Shown: in pieces, positions 25,035 to 35,112 of the stretch
Layout of the letters: each line of letters opens with the position of its first letter
Position numbering within the stretch: position 1 is the first letter of the stretch
Source of the DNA: Mageeibacillus sp. UBA1255
Lineage (GTDB): Bacteria; Bacillota; Clostridia; UBA1212; UBA1255
DNA length: 48,337 bases
Reading direction: 5' to 3'
NCBI GenBank assembly: GCA_002308795.1
Contig: DBVV01000068.1
Coordinates: 1,076-49,412, forward strand
Translations under genes and position numbers: made by a program
The notes under the pieces: model-generated
What the model was told of the DNA's origin: nothing
The model's input: only the letters and a program-made list of their open reading frames with translations
Database searches by the model: none

Positions 25035-27053
25035 TTACAGCATCAGGTCAGCCACCATCTCGCCGATCTCGGAGGCATTGTCGATCGAAAGGCCGCTTAT
25101 CAGGCGTGCCTGCGCGTATAGGATCTTTGTAAAGCGCGAAAGCTTGTCATTGTCCGTGCCGTAAAGCGATTTAAGTTTTGCTGCGATAGGATGATCGATA
25201 TTGACCTCGAGCACGAGCTGAGCCTTGATCCCGCCGTCTTCGACGCCGGGCATCTGCTTTAGCGTCTTCTCCATACCCATAGACAGCTCACCTTCGCTCG
25301 AAAGGCTGACGGGGTGGTTTTTAAGCGTATTTGTAAACCTTACGGACTTAACAGCGCCCCCGATTGCATTCTTCATCAGATCCAGCATATCGGCGTTCTT
25401 TTCGTTCTCCTGCTTGATCGTCTCCTTCTCTTCGTCGGTGGCGATGTCAAGCTCGTCGCGTTGTACGTTAAGGAATTCTTTATCGTTATATGTCCTTAGC
25501 ATCTGGAGCGCGAATTCGTCAACGTCTTCGGTCAGGTACAGCACTTCGCAGCCGTGGGCCAGCACCGCTTCCACCTGAGGCAGGAGCTTGATCTGGTTGA
25601 TGCTCTCGCCGGAAGCATAATATATCTTCTTCTGATCTTCCTTCATGCGGGAGACATACTCTTTGAGGGTCACGCCCCGGCTGCCGTCGGGGGCCTGCTT
25701 CACTTCTTCAGCATTCGCTTCTGTCTCAGCCTTCGCCTCTGCGTCGTCCTCCGCCTTCTCTTCGGCTTTCGCCGGAGCCTCGTACGATGACTTCAGCAGC
25801 AGCAGATCCTGGAGCACGTCTTTATGAGAGCCGTAATCCATATAGAGGCCGTACTTTAATTGACGCCCGAAAGCCTTGAAAAACTGTTCATATTTCTCCC
25901 GGTCGTTTTCAAGCATTTTCGCAAGTTCTGCAGCGATCTTCTTCTCGACAGCTTTAGCGATCGCCTTTAACTGACGGTCGTGCTGCAGCATCTCACGTGA
26001 AATATTAAGCGAAAGATCGGCGCTGTCAACGAGTCCCCTTACGAAGCTGAAATAGTCCGGCAGGAGTTCTTTGCATTTTTCCATGATAAGCACGCCGCTC
26101 GAATAAAGCTGGAGCCCCTTTTCGTATTCGCGGCTGTAATAATCGAACGGAGCATGCGCCGGTATGAACATCAGCGATTCGAAACTGGATAAGCCTTCGG
26201 TTTTCTGGCGGATCACCTTGAGAGGCGCTTCGTAATCGTAAAATTTATTGCGATAAAAGTCTGCGTATTCGTCGTCGGTCACCTGGTCCTGGGGGCGCTT
26301 CCAGATCGGTACCATCGTGTTGAGCGTCTCGTCCTCGGTGTAACTCTCGTACTCGGGCTTATCATCCGGGCTCCCTTCTTTTTTGCGCGATTTCGTCACT
26401 TCCATCCTGATAGGATAGCGGATGTAATCACTGTACTTTTTAACCAGTTCGCGTATGCGCCACTCGTCAAGGAACTCGCCGTAGTTTTCCTCGTCACCGT
26501 CCGGTTTGAGATGCAGTGTGACAACGGTGCCGTTGTCTTCTTTTTCGCACGGGTCAATGCTGTACCCGTCTGCTCCGGACGATCTCCAGCACCATGCCGA
26601 ATCGCTTCCCCAGGCGCGGCTCTCGACCGTCACCAGGTCGCTCACCATGAACGCTGAGTAGAAACCGACGCCGAACTGACCGATGATATCTATATCTGCA
26701 TTGCCGCCCGCCGGGTCGGGATCGCCGGCCTTATCGTCGCCTTTTTTGAATTCAAAAGAACCGCTTTTTGCGATAGTACCGAGGTTATTCTCCAATTCAT
26801 CCCTGGTCATACCGATGCCGTTGTCCCTGATCTCCAGAGTGCGGTTATCTTTATCTGCCGTGATCCGGATCTCATAATCCGAACGCGAAAGCGTGATGCT
26901 TCCGTCTGTGAGCGATCTGAAATACAGTTTATCGATCGCGTCGCTGGCATTGGAAATAAGTTCTCTCAAGAAGATCTCTTTGTGGGTATAGATGGAGTTG
27001 ATCATCATATCCAGCAGCTTTTTCGATTCAGTTTTGAATTGTTTTTTGGACAT
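25035..27053 (-). CDS. htpG: Molecular chaperone HtpG (Hsp90)
   Basis: FKTESKKLLDMMINSIYTHKEIFLRELISNASDAIDKL and IGQFGVGFYSAFMV are Hsp90 signatures. I prefer the ATG at 27053 (MSKKQF...), which follows AAGGAAGGAA. Confidence 0.95.
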   Translation of the reverse strand: MSKKQFKTESKKLLDMMINSIYTHKEIFLRELISNASDAIDKLYFRSLTDGSITLSRSDYEIRITADKDNRTLEIRDNGIGMTRDELENNLGTIAKSGSFEFKKGDDKAGDPDPAGGNADIDIIGQFGVGFYSAFMVSDLVTVESRAWGSDSAWCWRSSGADGYSIDPCEKEDNGTVVTLHLKPDGDEENYGEFLDEWRIRELVKKYSDYIRYPIRMEVTKSRKKEGSPDDKPEYESYTEDETLNTMVPIWKRPQDQVTDDEYADFYRNKFYDYEAPLKVIRQKTEGLSSFESLMFIPAHAPFDYYSREYEKGLQLYSSGVLIMEKCKELLPDYFSFVRGLVDSADLSLNISREMLQHDRQLKAIAKAVEKKIAAELAKMLENDREKYEQFFKAFGRQLKYGLYMDYGSHKDVLQDLLLLKSSYEAPAKAEEKAEDDAEAKAETEANAEEVKQAPDGSRGVTLKEYVSRMKEDQKKIYYASGESINQIKLLPQVEAVLAHGCEVLYLTEDVDEFALQMLRTYNDKEFLNVQRDELDIATDEEKETIKQENEKNADMLDLMKNAIGGAVKSVRFTNTLKNHPVSLSSEGELSMGMEKTLKQMPGVEDGGIKAQLVLEVNIDHPIAAKLKSLYGTDNDKLSRFTKILYAQARLISGLSIDNASEIGEMVADLML

Positions 27054-27178
27054 AGAAAATTCCTTCCTTCTTATAACTATATATGGCATTCCGGCGCCGC
27101 CGCGGTGCTGCTTGAACATCGGGCTTCACCGGAACCGTGCTGCCTAGTTATTATTATACGACTTCGTGTCAATACTTA

Positions 27179-28627
27179 TTACCGGTTAGAGTCTGATAAA
27201 TGTGCAGACCTTCCGTACATCATATTCTGCCTTTTCCAGTATCCGCGGTCGATCAGCCCGAGCTGTTTTTCCGTGAACCTGATCGCCCAGTTGCCTGCCT
27301 GTTTTCCGGGCGTATTCATTCTGGTGTCCATCCCGTACTCGAGAAGATCCTGCACCGGGAATATGACCCTTACGGCATTCGATCGCATCAGTGTTTTTAT
27401 TATATACGGGCAGGCGTATTTTCCGTCTGTCCCGGGATATCCTATGTAGTCAAGCATCCTGTTCCTGTCTTCGAAACTCATATCAAAAATGTACCCGAGC
27501 AGAGTGTTGTTATCATGCGTACCGGAATACGCGACAACGTTTTCAGGATAATTATGCGGAAGGTGCGGATTCTCTTCGGACAAGAACGCAAACTGAAACA
27601 CTCTCATGCCCGGGAGACCGGTATCGGACAGAAGTTTACGGACGCCGTCGTCAATATCCCCGAGGTCTTCTGCTATGATCAGTCTGCCCCTCGCCTCTGC
27701 CTTTAAGGTTTCTACGAACGCGAAGCCCGGACCTTCCTCCCAGCGTCCCTCTTTCGCTGTTTTCGTACCGGCGGGTATTGCCCAGTATGCGGAAAAAGCG
27801 CGGAAATGGTCGATCCTGACTCCGTCAAACAGCATAAGCTGATGGCGGATGCGGTCTCTCCACCAGCGGTATCCGTCCTTTTTCATATTGTCCCAATTAT
27901 ATAACGGATTGCCCCAGAGCTGTCCGTCCTCGGCGAAGTAATCCGGCGGAACACCCGCGACTGCAGTCGGTTTACCGGTATCCGGATCGATCATAAACAG
28001 ATCGGGATGGAAACGGACGTCCGCCGAATCCAGATCGGTGTAGATCGGTATGTCTCCGATGATCTCGATCCCCTTTTTATTTGCGTACGCTTTAACGCAG
28101 AGCCACTCGCGCAGGAACTCATATTGAATAAATTCGTGTGTGAATATCGCTTCATCCGTATCAGCCGCACCCGTACCGGAAGACGAATCGGCTTCCCGCT
28201 CAGCCATAAAAACACAGAAATCAAACAGTTCCGGATAATCACGTATCTTTTTATCGATTTCTTCACGTTCTTCGTTGGCCACGCGCCCGGCTGCTTTTCT
28301 GAGCAGCTCAATGCGTTCGGCGAATAATCTTTCATACTCGCAAAGATAAGGCGTTTTCTGCCTTGCCCCGTCGAGCTCGCTTTTGGTGATCAGTCCCTTT
28401 TCGTATAACGTCGGAAGGTCAATAAAAAACGGGTTTCCGGCGAATCCGGACAATGATTTATAAGGCGAACCGTTTACGTCCGGCCAGTTGAACGGGAGCG
28501 TCTGCCACATTGAAAATCCGCAGTCTGAGAGGAGGTCAACGAACCTGAGCGCCTCTTTTCCGAACGATCCGCAAGAATAATCTCCGGGAAGAGTGGAAAT
28601 ATGCATAAGAATACCTGACCGTCTCAT
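27179..28627 (-). CDS. malQ: 4-alpha-glucanotransferase (amylomaltase, GH77)
   Basis: The N-terminal RRSGILMHISTLPG, WQTLPFN and the length fit GH77. ATGA overlap with the upstream peptidase gene. Confidence 0.9.
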   Translation of the reverse strand: MRRSGILMHISTLPGDYSCGSFGKEALRFVDLLSDCGFSMWQTLPFNWPDVNGSPYKSLSGFAGNPFFIDLPTLYEKGLITKSELDGARQKTPYLCEYERLFAERIELLRKAAGRVANEEREEIDKKIRDYPELFDFCVFMAEREADSSSGTGAADTDEAIFTHEFIQYEFLREWLCVKAYANKKGIEIIGDIPIYTDLDSADVRFHPDLFMIDPDTGKPTAVAGVPPDYFAEDGQLWGNPLYNWDNMKKDGYRWWRDRIRHQLMLFDGVRIDHFRAFSAYWAIPAGTKTAKEGRWEEGPGFAFVETLKAEARGRLIIAEDLGDIDDGVRKLLSDTGLPGMRVFQFAFLSEENPHLPHNYPENVVAYSGTHDNNTLLGYIFDMSFEDRNRMLDYIGYPGTDGKYACPYIIKTLMRSNAVRVIFPVQDLLEYGMDTRMNTPGKQAGNWAIRFTEKQLGLIDRGYWKRQNMMYGRSAHLSDSNR

Positions 28628-29130
28628 TTTTCGCCTCCGCTCCCCCGGTCTTCGGAATGATCCGGCGCAGCATGCTTTTTTTTGAATATTTTACGGTATA
28701 CGCGTCCCGCAAAACTTCTCAGCCTGAGTTTAAGACTAACGACCGGATGAATAAAGACAATAAAACGCGAATAAAAGCGGTAACCTTTTTCATTAACAGA
28801 ATGTTCCCTGCCCCTGTGAACGAACGAAGTCATGACAGCGATCATATCATTGTCCGTGACACCTAATTCCTTCCTGATGCAATTGTCGCCCCGGATAACG
28901 TATCCATCCGGCAGCACCTTTATCACGCGATGAAGCACGTATTTACCGGGAGGCCTGCGGTACAGCACAGTATCGTACTTTTCAGGGCGCTGACCATCCT
29001 CTAGTCTGGTTAAAGTAAAAAGGTCTCTTCCCTGCTTCAGCAGGGGCATCATGCTTACCCCCACGTTTGAATAGGTCAGAGTACCGTTTTCACTAAGATA
29101 TTCTTCGAACGAAGGTCTTTTCTCTCCCAC
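28624..29130 (-). CDS. S24/S26-family (signal-peptidase/LexA-like) serine peptidase
   Basis: 168 aa with a GTG start. The Ser motif is GVSMMPLL, the candidate Lys is in LHRVIKVLPDGYVIRGDN, and there is a C-terminal hydrophobic stretch FYSRFIVFIHPVVSL. Confidence 0.65.
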   Translation of the reverse strand: MGEKRPSFEEYLSENGTLTYSNVGVSMMPLLKQGRDLFTLTRLEDGQRPEKYDTVLYRRPPGKYVLHRVIKVLPDGYVIRGDNCIRKELGVTDNDMIAVMTSFVHRGREHSVNEKGYRFYSRFIVFIHPVVSLKLRLRSFAGRVYRKIFKKKHAAPDHSEDRGSGGEK

Positions 29131-29136
29131 GCCCGC

Positions 29137-29397
29137 TCAATCCTCCAGCGCGTCGATCCCGCGCAGTTTTTCTATCACTTTATCTACGTCTGCCGCGATC
29201 ACTTCTTTCGGGGCGTCAAACTTTTCGAACATGGCGTCAACGATCTCGTCGCGCGTCGTTTCTTTTTTGAGAAGCTCCACGATCATTCCTGCCGTTTTAT
29301 TACCGCGTATCATTCCGTTGAAGCCCGAACCTCCGGTGCTGACGGTGATGTGCTCGTCGCCTTTATCGTAAGTTATGAATTGTTTTTTCAGCTTCAT
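29137..29397 (-). CDS. PqqD-family peptide-binding protein (RiPP recognition element-like)
   Basis: 86 aa. NKTAGMIVELLKKETTRDEIVDAMFEKFDAPKEVIAADVDKVIEKLRGIDAL matches the PqqD-family pattern and size. The RBS is AAGGGGAG. Confidence 0.7.
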   Translation of the reverse strand: MKLKKQFITYDKGDEHITVSTGGSGFNGMIRGNKTAGMIVELLKKETTRDEIVDAMFEKFDAPKEVIAADVDKVIEKLRGIDALED

Positions 29398-29426
29398 TGC
29401 TATTTACTCCCCTTTTGAAGTGTGGT

Positions 29427-30197
29427 TTATTCATTCATTCCGCCGCTTATTCCGCCGTTCATTCCGCCGTATGATACCATGGCGGCTTCAGGCTCCATGT
29501 TGCAGTAAAGCCTGTACATCCCCGCCTGCTCGGAGACGCGGTCAATAAGCCCGAGCGTCGTTCTAAGCATTTCGGGGTCGTGCGGTCTGTAAGACTGTTT
29601 CAGAAGCGTAGGGAACGCCTCACGAGACGTTATCCCGGAAATACTGTTATTTTCCCCTCTTTCAAGGAGGCATACCGCTTTAAGAGGCACGCAGATATTT
29701 GCGCCAAGACCGTGCTTTCCGTTCCATGGCGAACCGCATACAAAAACGCCGTTATCAGAGACGCGGATAAAAGGCTTATCGTCATTGACCATGACTGCCC
29801 TCTCCCCGAAAAGATCTCTCCACAGCGATACGTGCGTAGATTTCCCCGTGCCGCTCGGTGCGGTAAAAATATACCCCTCGCCGTCAACGCTGATCGCGGA
29901 TCCGTGCATCAGAAAGCGGCCGAACTGCGGCAATGCCTCGGCGATCTTTCTGAATATCGCCATTGCCTCGATATATGCGGGATGCCTAACTGATTCCGGA
30001 TCTTCAGGTAAATACTTCTTTTCCCCTTCCATATCTTCATCAGTTACTTCGACGGATATATCCGGCATGCTGCCGTCATCGTCCGTCTGCTCCGAATCAT
30101 CCTTTTTGAGATAATTCGCACAGATACGGGCGATATACCCGTATCTGTGGTTTATCCTTATATTCAGTCCCGCAATATACGTGTCCAGAGTATTCAT
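29427..30197 (-). CDS. HPr kinase C-terminal domain-like P-loop kinase
   Basis: LMHGSAISVDGEGYIFTAPSGTGKSTHVSLW resembles the HprK-like kinases found beside PqqD proteins, for example lasso-peptide precursor kinases. It has an acidic insert and a Gly/Met/Asn-rich tail, GGMNGGISGGMNE. Confidence 0.65.
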   Translation of the reverse strand: MNTLDTYIAGLNIRINHRYGYIARICANYLKKDDSEQTDDDGSMPDISVEVTDEDMEGEKKYLPEDPESVRHPAYIEAMAIFRKIAEALPQFGRFLMHGSAISVDGEGYIFTAPSGTGKSTHVSLWRDLFGERAVMVNDDKPFIRVSDNGVFVCGSPWNGKHGLGANICVPLKAVCLLERGENNSISGITSREAFPTLLKQSYRPHDPEMLRTTLGLIDRVSEQAGMYRLYCNMEPEAAMVSYGGMNGGISGGMNE

Positions 30198-30204
30198 TAC
30201 CGGA

Positions 30205-31269
30205 TTACACCCTGACGGTCCAGTTCATCGTATCCGGAAGCTTTCCGGACTGTATACCGGTTATCGAATCGTAAAGTTTCTGAGAGATCGGGCCTATCTC
30301 GCCGTTATTGATGGTCATCTTATGGCCTTCCCAGTTGAGCTCTCCGACAGGAGAGATGACAGCAGCGGTACCTGTTCCGAACACTTCGTCCAGCTTACCG
30401 GCCTCGTATGCGTCGTAAACTTCCTTTATACCCAGTTTTCTCTCTTCGACTTTATAGCCCCAGCTCTTAAGAAGCTGTATCGAAGAATCTCTGGTAACAC
30501 CGGCGAGGATGCTGCCGTTGAGCGCGGGCGTAACGATCGTACCGTCGATCACGAAGAAAACGTTCATCGTCCCGACTTCCTCGATATACTTACGCTCTAC
30601 ACCGTCCAGCCACAACACCTGCGTATATCCGAGTTCCGCCGCTTTCTCCTGCGCACGTATCGATGCTGCGTAGTTACCGGGAGTCTTTGCAAAACCGATA
30701 CCGCCTTTAACAGCTCTTACGTAATCGTCTTCAACGTATATTTTAACCGGATTAAGTCCCTCGGGATAGTAAGCTCCGACCGGTGACAATATGATCATAA
30801 ACAGATAATGGCTCGCGGGATGTACGCCGAGCTGAGGGTCAACGGCGATAATAAACGGTCTTACGTACAAAGATGTTCCGGGATTGGTCGGTACCCAGTC
30901 GATATCGATGCGGACAAGCTCTTTAAGTGCTTCGAGTGCGAATTCTTCGTCGATAGGCGGAATGCACAGGCGCTCGTTAGAGATGTTCGCTCTTTCAAAG
31001 TTTTTCTGAGGTCTGAACAGCAGCGTACGTCCGTCAGGCGTGCGGTATGCTTTCATTCCCTCGAAAATTCCCTGACCGTAATGGAAAATCATTGCGGAAG
31101 GATCCAGCGAAATAGGTCCGTACGGTACGATGCGTGCGTCGTGCCATCCCTGGCCCTTATCATAGTCCATTATGAACATATGATCCGTAAAGATCTTCCC
31201 GAATCCCAGTTTGCTCTGATCCTGCGGTTTTTCTTTAGGAGTTTTGATGCGTTCAACTTTTATTTCCAT
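30205..31269 (-). CDS. ilvE: Branched-chain amino acid aminotransferase
   Basis: FGKIFTDHMF, the length (354 aa) and the class IV aminotransferase pattern (EGMKAYR, NVFFVIDG). The RBS is AGGGAGGA. Confidence 0.9.
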   Translation of the reverse strand: MEIKVERIKTPKEKPQDQSKLGFGKIFTDHMFIMDYDKGQGWHDARIVPYGPISLDPSAMIFHYGQGIFEGMKAYRTPDGRTLLFRPQKNFERANISNERLCIPPIDEEFALEALKELVRIDIDWVPTNPGTSLYVRPFIIAVDPQLGVHPASHYLFMIILSPVGAYYPEGLNPVKIYVEDDYVRAVKGGIGFAKTPGNYAASIRAQEKAAELGYTQVLWLDGVERKYIEEVGTMNVFFVIDGTIVTPALNGSILAGVTRDSSIQLLKSWGYKVEERKLGIKEVYDAYEAGKLDEVFGTGTAAVISPVGELNWEGHKMTINNGEIGPISQKLYDSITGIQSGKLPDTMNWTVRV

Positions 31270-31333
31270 AATTCAGTCCTCCCTGTTAAAAGCATCGTAA
31301 AAAGTGATCATCGGAGTTTTTCCGATCAACGTG

Positions 31334-31362
31334 AGTATATCACTTATGAGCTTTTCAGTCAA
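31334..31362 (-). promoter_or_regulatory. Promoter for ilvE and the downstream minus-strand genes
   Basis: The minus strand reads TTGACT, 17 nt, TATACT, about 60 nt upstream of the ilvE ATG. Confidence 0.6.
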
Positions 31363-31469
31363 TCCGCTTTTGGGCTCTTTTCCTTCCCTTTGATAAATAC
31401 GTACTGTTTGTGATAATATAATAAACGCGGCCGGAACAGCCTGCGGCTGCATGGGAGGCGGATCATATC

Positions 31470-32804
31470 GTGGCTCTGACAGTGGGGATCTGCACACTCG
31501 GGTGCAAGGTCAATTTTTATGAAAGCGAATGCATTAAAGAGCTTCTGGAAAAGGAAGGATTTGAGATCCGTGATTTTTCGGAGAAGTGTGATATTTATAT
31601 AATCAATTCATGCACCGTTACCGGAGAAGGTGACAGAAAAGTAAAGCAGGCATGCCGCCGGGCTGTAAAAACGAACCCGGGAGCGTTTGTTTGCGTAACG
31701 GGCTGCACCGCACAGATCGCCCCCGAAAAGCTGGCCGGAATAAGCGGGATAGGATATATATGCGGAAACAGATCAAAAAAAGCTATTGTCGACCGCATAC
31801 TCGAATATGCGAAAGGAGTACGCGGAAGCAGCGAAAACGCCGAGATCGACGTTCAGGACTTTGGCCCCGCGCCCGAATACGAACCGCTGAAATTGTCCGC
31901 GACGGGTCATACAAGAGCATTCATAAAAATCGAAGACGGCTGCAACAGTTCGTGCTCATACTGCATAATCCATACCGCGAGAGGCCCCGCGAGATCAAGG
32001 CCGGAAGACGATATACTTGACGAGATACGCAGAATGGCGAAGGCCGGATACAAAGAAGTGATCCTGACCGGGATCGAATTGTCATCGTATGAAGGAGACA
32101 TACCCGGGCTCGCGAAAAAAGCCGGAGAAATACCCGGGATAGAAAGGATCAGGCTCGGATCGCTTGACCCCGCATATATAACAAAAGAGCGGATAATGCG
32201 TCTGAAAGAAGCGCCTAAGCTGATGCCGCATTTCCACATCTCGCTTCAGAGCGGAAGTTCACACGTTCTGGCGGCAATGAAACGTAAGTATAATGCCAAA
32301 ACCGCGCTCGATCGTATTATGTTTTTAAAGCAGACGTTCCCGGATGCTTCTCTGTTTGCGGATATAATCGTAGGATTCCCGGGAGAGACCGAACAGGATT
32401 TTAACGAAACATTAGAATTTATCAAAAAGATCCGTTTCCTTCACCTGCACATATTCCCCTACTCCAGAAGGAACGGTACGATCGCGGCTTCGATGCCGGG
32501 TCAGCTTTCTTCTGCCGAGAAGCGGCGAAGGGCCGGGGCTCTGGCGGAGATCCAGCGCTCGATCAAGCGCAGCATTCTTGAGCAGGCCGTGAAAGCCGGT
32601 CAGGAAGGGCGTCTTTTAAAAGTGCTGTTTGAAGAAGGCCGCACGGGACATTCCGAAGAATTTTTCAAAATAAAAGCAGAGGATGCCGGATCGACACCCT
32701 CTGCCGCTAAAATGTCCGAAAAAGGTACGATAAGCCTGTGCAGACCCCTTTACACAGACGGAGACGTTATTTACGTCATGCCTGCAGAGGTACTCGTACC
32801 GTAA
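31470..32804 (+). CDS. mtaB: tRNA t6A37 methylthiotransferase MtaB (MiaB-like radical SAM)
   Basis: GTG start. The N-terminal TLGCKVNFYESE, the radical SAM motif CNSSCSYCII and a C-terminal TRAM-like region. Confidence 0.85.
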   Translation: MALTVGICTLGCKVNFYESECIKELLEKEGFEIRDFSEKCDIYIINSCTVTGEGDRKVKQACRRAVKTNPGAFVCVTGCTAQIAPEKLAGISGIGYICGNRSKKAIVDRILEYAKGVRGSSENAEIDVQDFGPAPEYEPLKLSATGHTRAFIKIEDGCNSSCSYCIIHTARGPARSRPEDDILDEIRRMAKAGYKEVILTGIELSSYEGDIPGLAKKAGEIPGIERIRLGSLDPAYITKERIMRLKEAPKLMPHFHISLQSGSSHVLAAMKRKYNAKTALDRIMFLKQTFPDASLFADIIVGFPGETEQDFNETLEFIKKIRFLHLHIFPYSRRNGTIAASMPGQLSSAEKRRRAGALAEIQRSIKRSILEQAVKAGQEGRLLKVLFEEGRTGHSEEFFKIKAEDAGSTPSAAKMSEKGTISLCRPLYTDGDVIYVMPAEVLVP

Positions 32805-32805
32805 T

Positions 32806-32822
32806 ATCCGGGAATACCGGAT
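32806..32822. terminator. Short bidirectional hairpin between convergent genes
   Basis: ATCCGG-gaata-CCGGAT, followed on the plus strand by CACATATTTTTG. The stem is only 6 bp. Confidence 0.35.
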
Positions 32823-33379
32823 CACATATTTTTGCGGTTTGTCTCAACTTCGTTGTAAGTCTTCGCAAGAAATTCGCTGAGACCGAGCAGAGTATTGTCA
32901 ACATACTCCCTGGTGCCCTGCTTGATTTCCTTAGCCCTTGACCCCGCCTCGGCGACGATCTTCTCAGCCTGAACCTGCGCGGCCTGGGTGATCTCATGCT
33001 CGTCTATCAGCTGCTTCCTGCGCGTCTCGGCATCCTGGATAATAAGCTCAGCCTGATTATGCGCGTCGCTTACGATGGCATTGGCCTCGTCCTTCGCCTG
33101 GCTGATAATATCGTCCGCATCCTCTTTTGCTTTGGTGACAACGTCATCCGCGCTGTCGTTCGCCCTGCTCCAGACTTCGCGGCTCTTTTTATAGAACTCG
33201 TTGGCTCTGACCGTCTCATCAGGAATGGTGTTTCTGAGTTCGTCAATGATTCCCAGAACTTCGTCCCTGTCTACCGAGACTTTGTTGTTAAACATTGATT
33301 TCTTCGCCTCGCTGATCATGCTCTGGAGCATATCCAGCAGATCGATACTCTGAACATCCTGTTCTTCCATAAACTGCAC
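32822..33379 (-). CDS. Coiled-coil protein of unknown function (resembles ATP synthase subunit b/H-like annotations)
   Basis: 185 aa. Ala/Asp/Glu/Lys-rich heptad-like repeats (AKEDADDIISQAKDEANAIVSDAHNQAELIIQDAE). The RBS is AAGAAGGAG. It lies downstream of rsmD-coaD. Confidence 0.5.
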   Translation of the reverse strand: MQFMEEQDVQSIDLLDMLQSMISEAKKSMFNNKVSVDRDEVLGIIDELRNTIPDETVRANEFYKKSREVWSRANDSADDVVTKAKEDADDIISQAKDEANAIVSDAHNQAELIIQDAETRRKQLIDEHEITQAAQVQAEKIVAEAGSRAKEIKQGTREYVDNTLLGLSEFLAKTYNEVETNRKNM

Positions 33380-33475
33380 TCCTTCTTATCCCTTTTTTAT
33401 TTAATCACGCATCCGGACTTCCGCACGCCATACGGCCTGACCGTCTGCAGTATGATCCCGAACTACGATATCCGG

Positions 33476-34637
<1,162 letters not shown>

Positions 34638-34739
34638 CACAAGCTCCTCCTTTTTCTATTCTACCACAAAAAACCATCCCGCAACAGTGGAAACTCGTAA
34701 AATAACTTTAAAATACATTTCAGTTTTCAAAAAAAGTGG

Positions 34740-34768
34740 TTGCTTTTCTTTTTCGTACGTGGTAGAAT
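34740..34768 (+). promoter_or_regulatory. rpmB promoter
   Basis: TTGCTT (34740-34745), a 17-nt spacer, then TAGAAT (34763-34768) with an extended -10 TG. The RBS AAGGAGGTG precedes the ATG at 34806. Confidence 0.65.
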
Positions 34769-34805
34769 AGCCCCCGCTGTTTAAATATTCAAGGAGGTGT
34801 TTTAA

Positions 34806-35027
34806 ATGGCAAAGTGCGAGTTTTGTACAAAAGGAATGCTTTACGGCCGCCATATCAGCATTACCCGTTCTCAGGTCAGCAGACGCGCAAAGAGAAACTG
34901 GAAGCCCAACGTGCGTCGCGTAAAGATCATGGACGGACAGACACCCCGTTACGCATATGTATGCACAGCATGCCTTAGGTCCGGTAAAGTTGACCGCGCC
35001 GTTAAAGAGCAGAAAGTTGCCGGCTGA
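34806..35027 (+). CDS. rpmB: 50S ribosomal protein L28
   Basis: MAKCEFCTKGMLYGRHISITRSQVSRRAKRNWKPNVRRVK matches the L28 pattern. It has a C-terminal extension carrying a second Cys pair (CTAC). Confidence 0.9.
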   Translation: MAKCEFCTKGMLYGRHISITRSQVSRRAKRNWKPNVRRVKIMDGQTPRYAYVCTACLRSGKVDRAVKEQKVAG

Positions 35028-35061
35028 TGAACAGACGCCTATATTGCGAGAAAGAATAATG

Positions 35062-35093
35062 CGATCCTGAAAACGGGTCGTATTTTTCGTTTT
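35062..35093 (+). terminator. Probable rpmB terminator
   Basis: The stem CGATCC/GGGTCG (one G-U pair) has a 7-nt loop and is followed by TATTTTTCGTTTT. Confidence 0.45.
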
Positions 35094-35112
35094 ACATACA
35101 ACCGGAGGGAAT

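Noticed and set aside
27054-27178. A heat-shock operator (CIRCE) or clear promoter upstream of htpG.
   Set aside because: TTGACA and TATAAT-like hexamers are present, but only 8 nt apart. No TTAGCACTC-N9-GAGTGCTAA element is visible, so I could not support a specific regulatory call.
31273-31497. A 74-aa minus-strand ORF, or its 12-aa tail MITFYDAFNRED, upstream of ilvE as a leader peptide or attenuator.
   Set aside because: The long ORF spans the divergent promoter region and starts inside the mtaB gene. The 12-aa peptide has no good RBS and no run of Ile/Leu/Val codons, and no terminator/antiterminator structure follows it.
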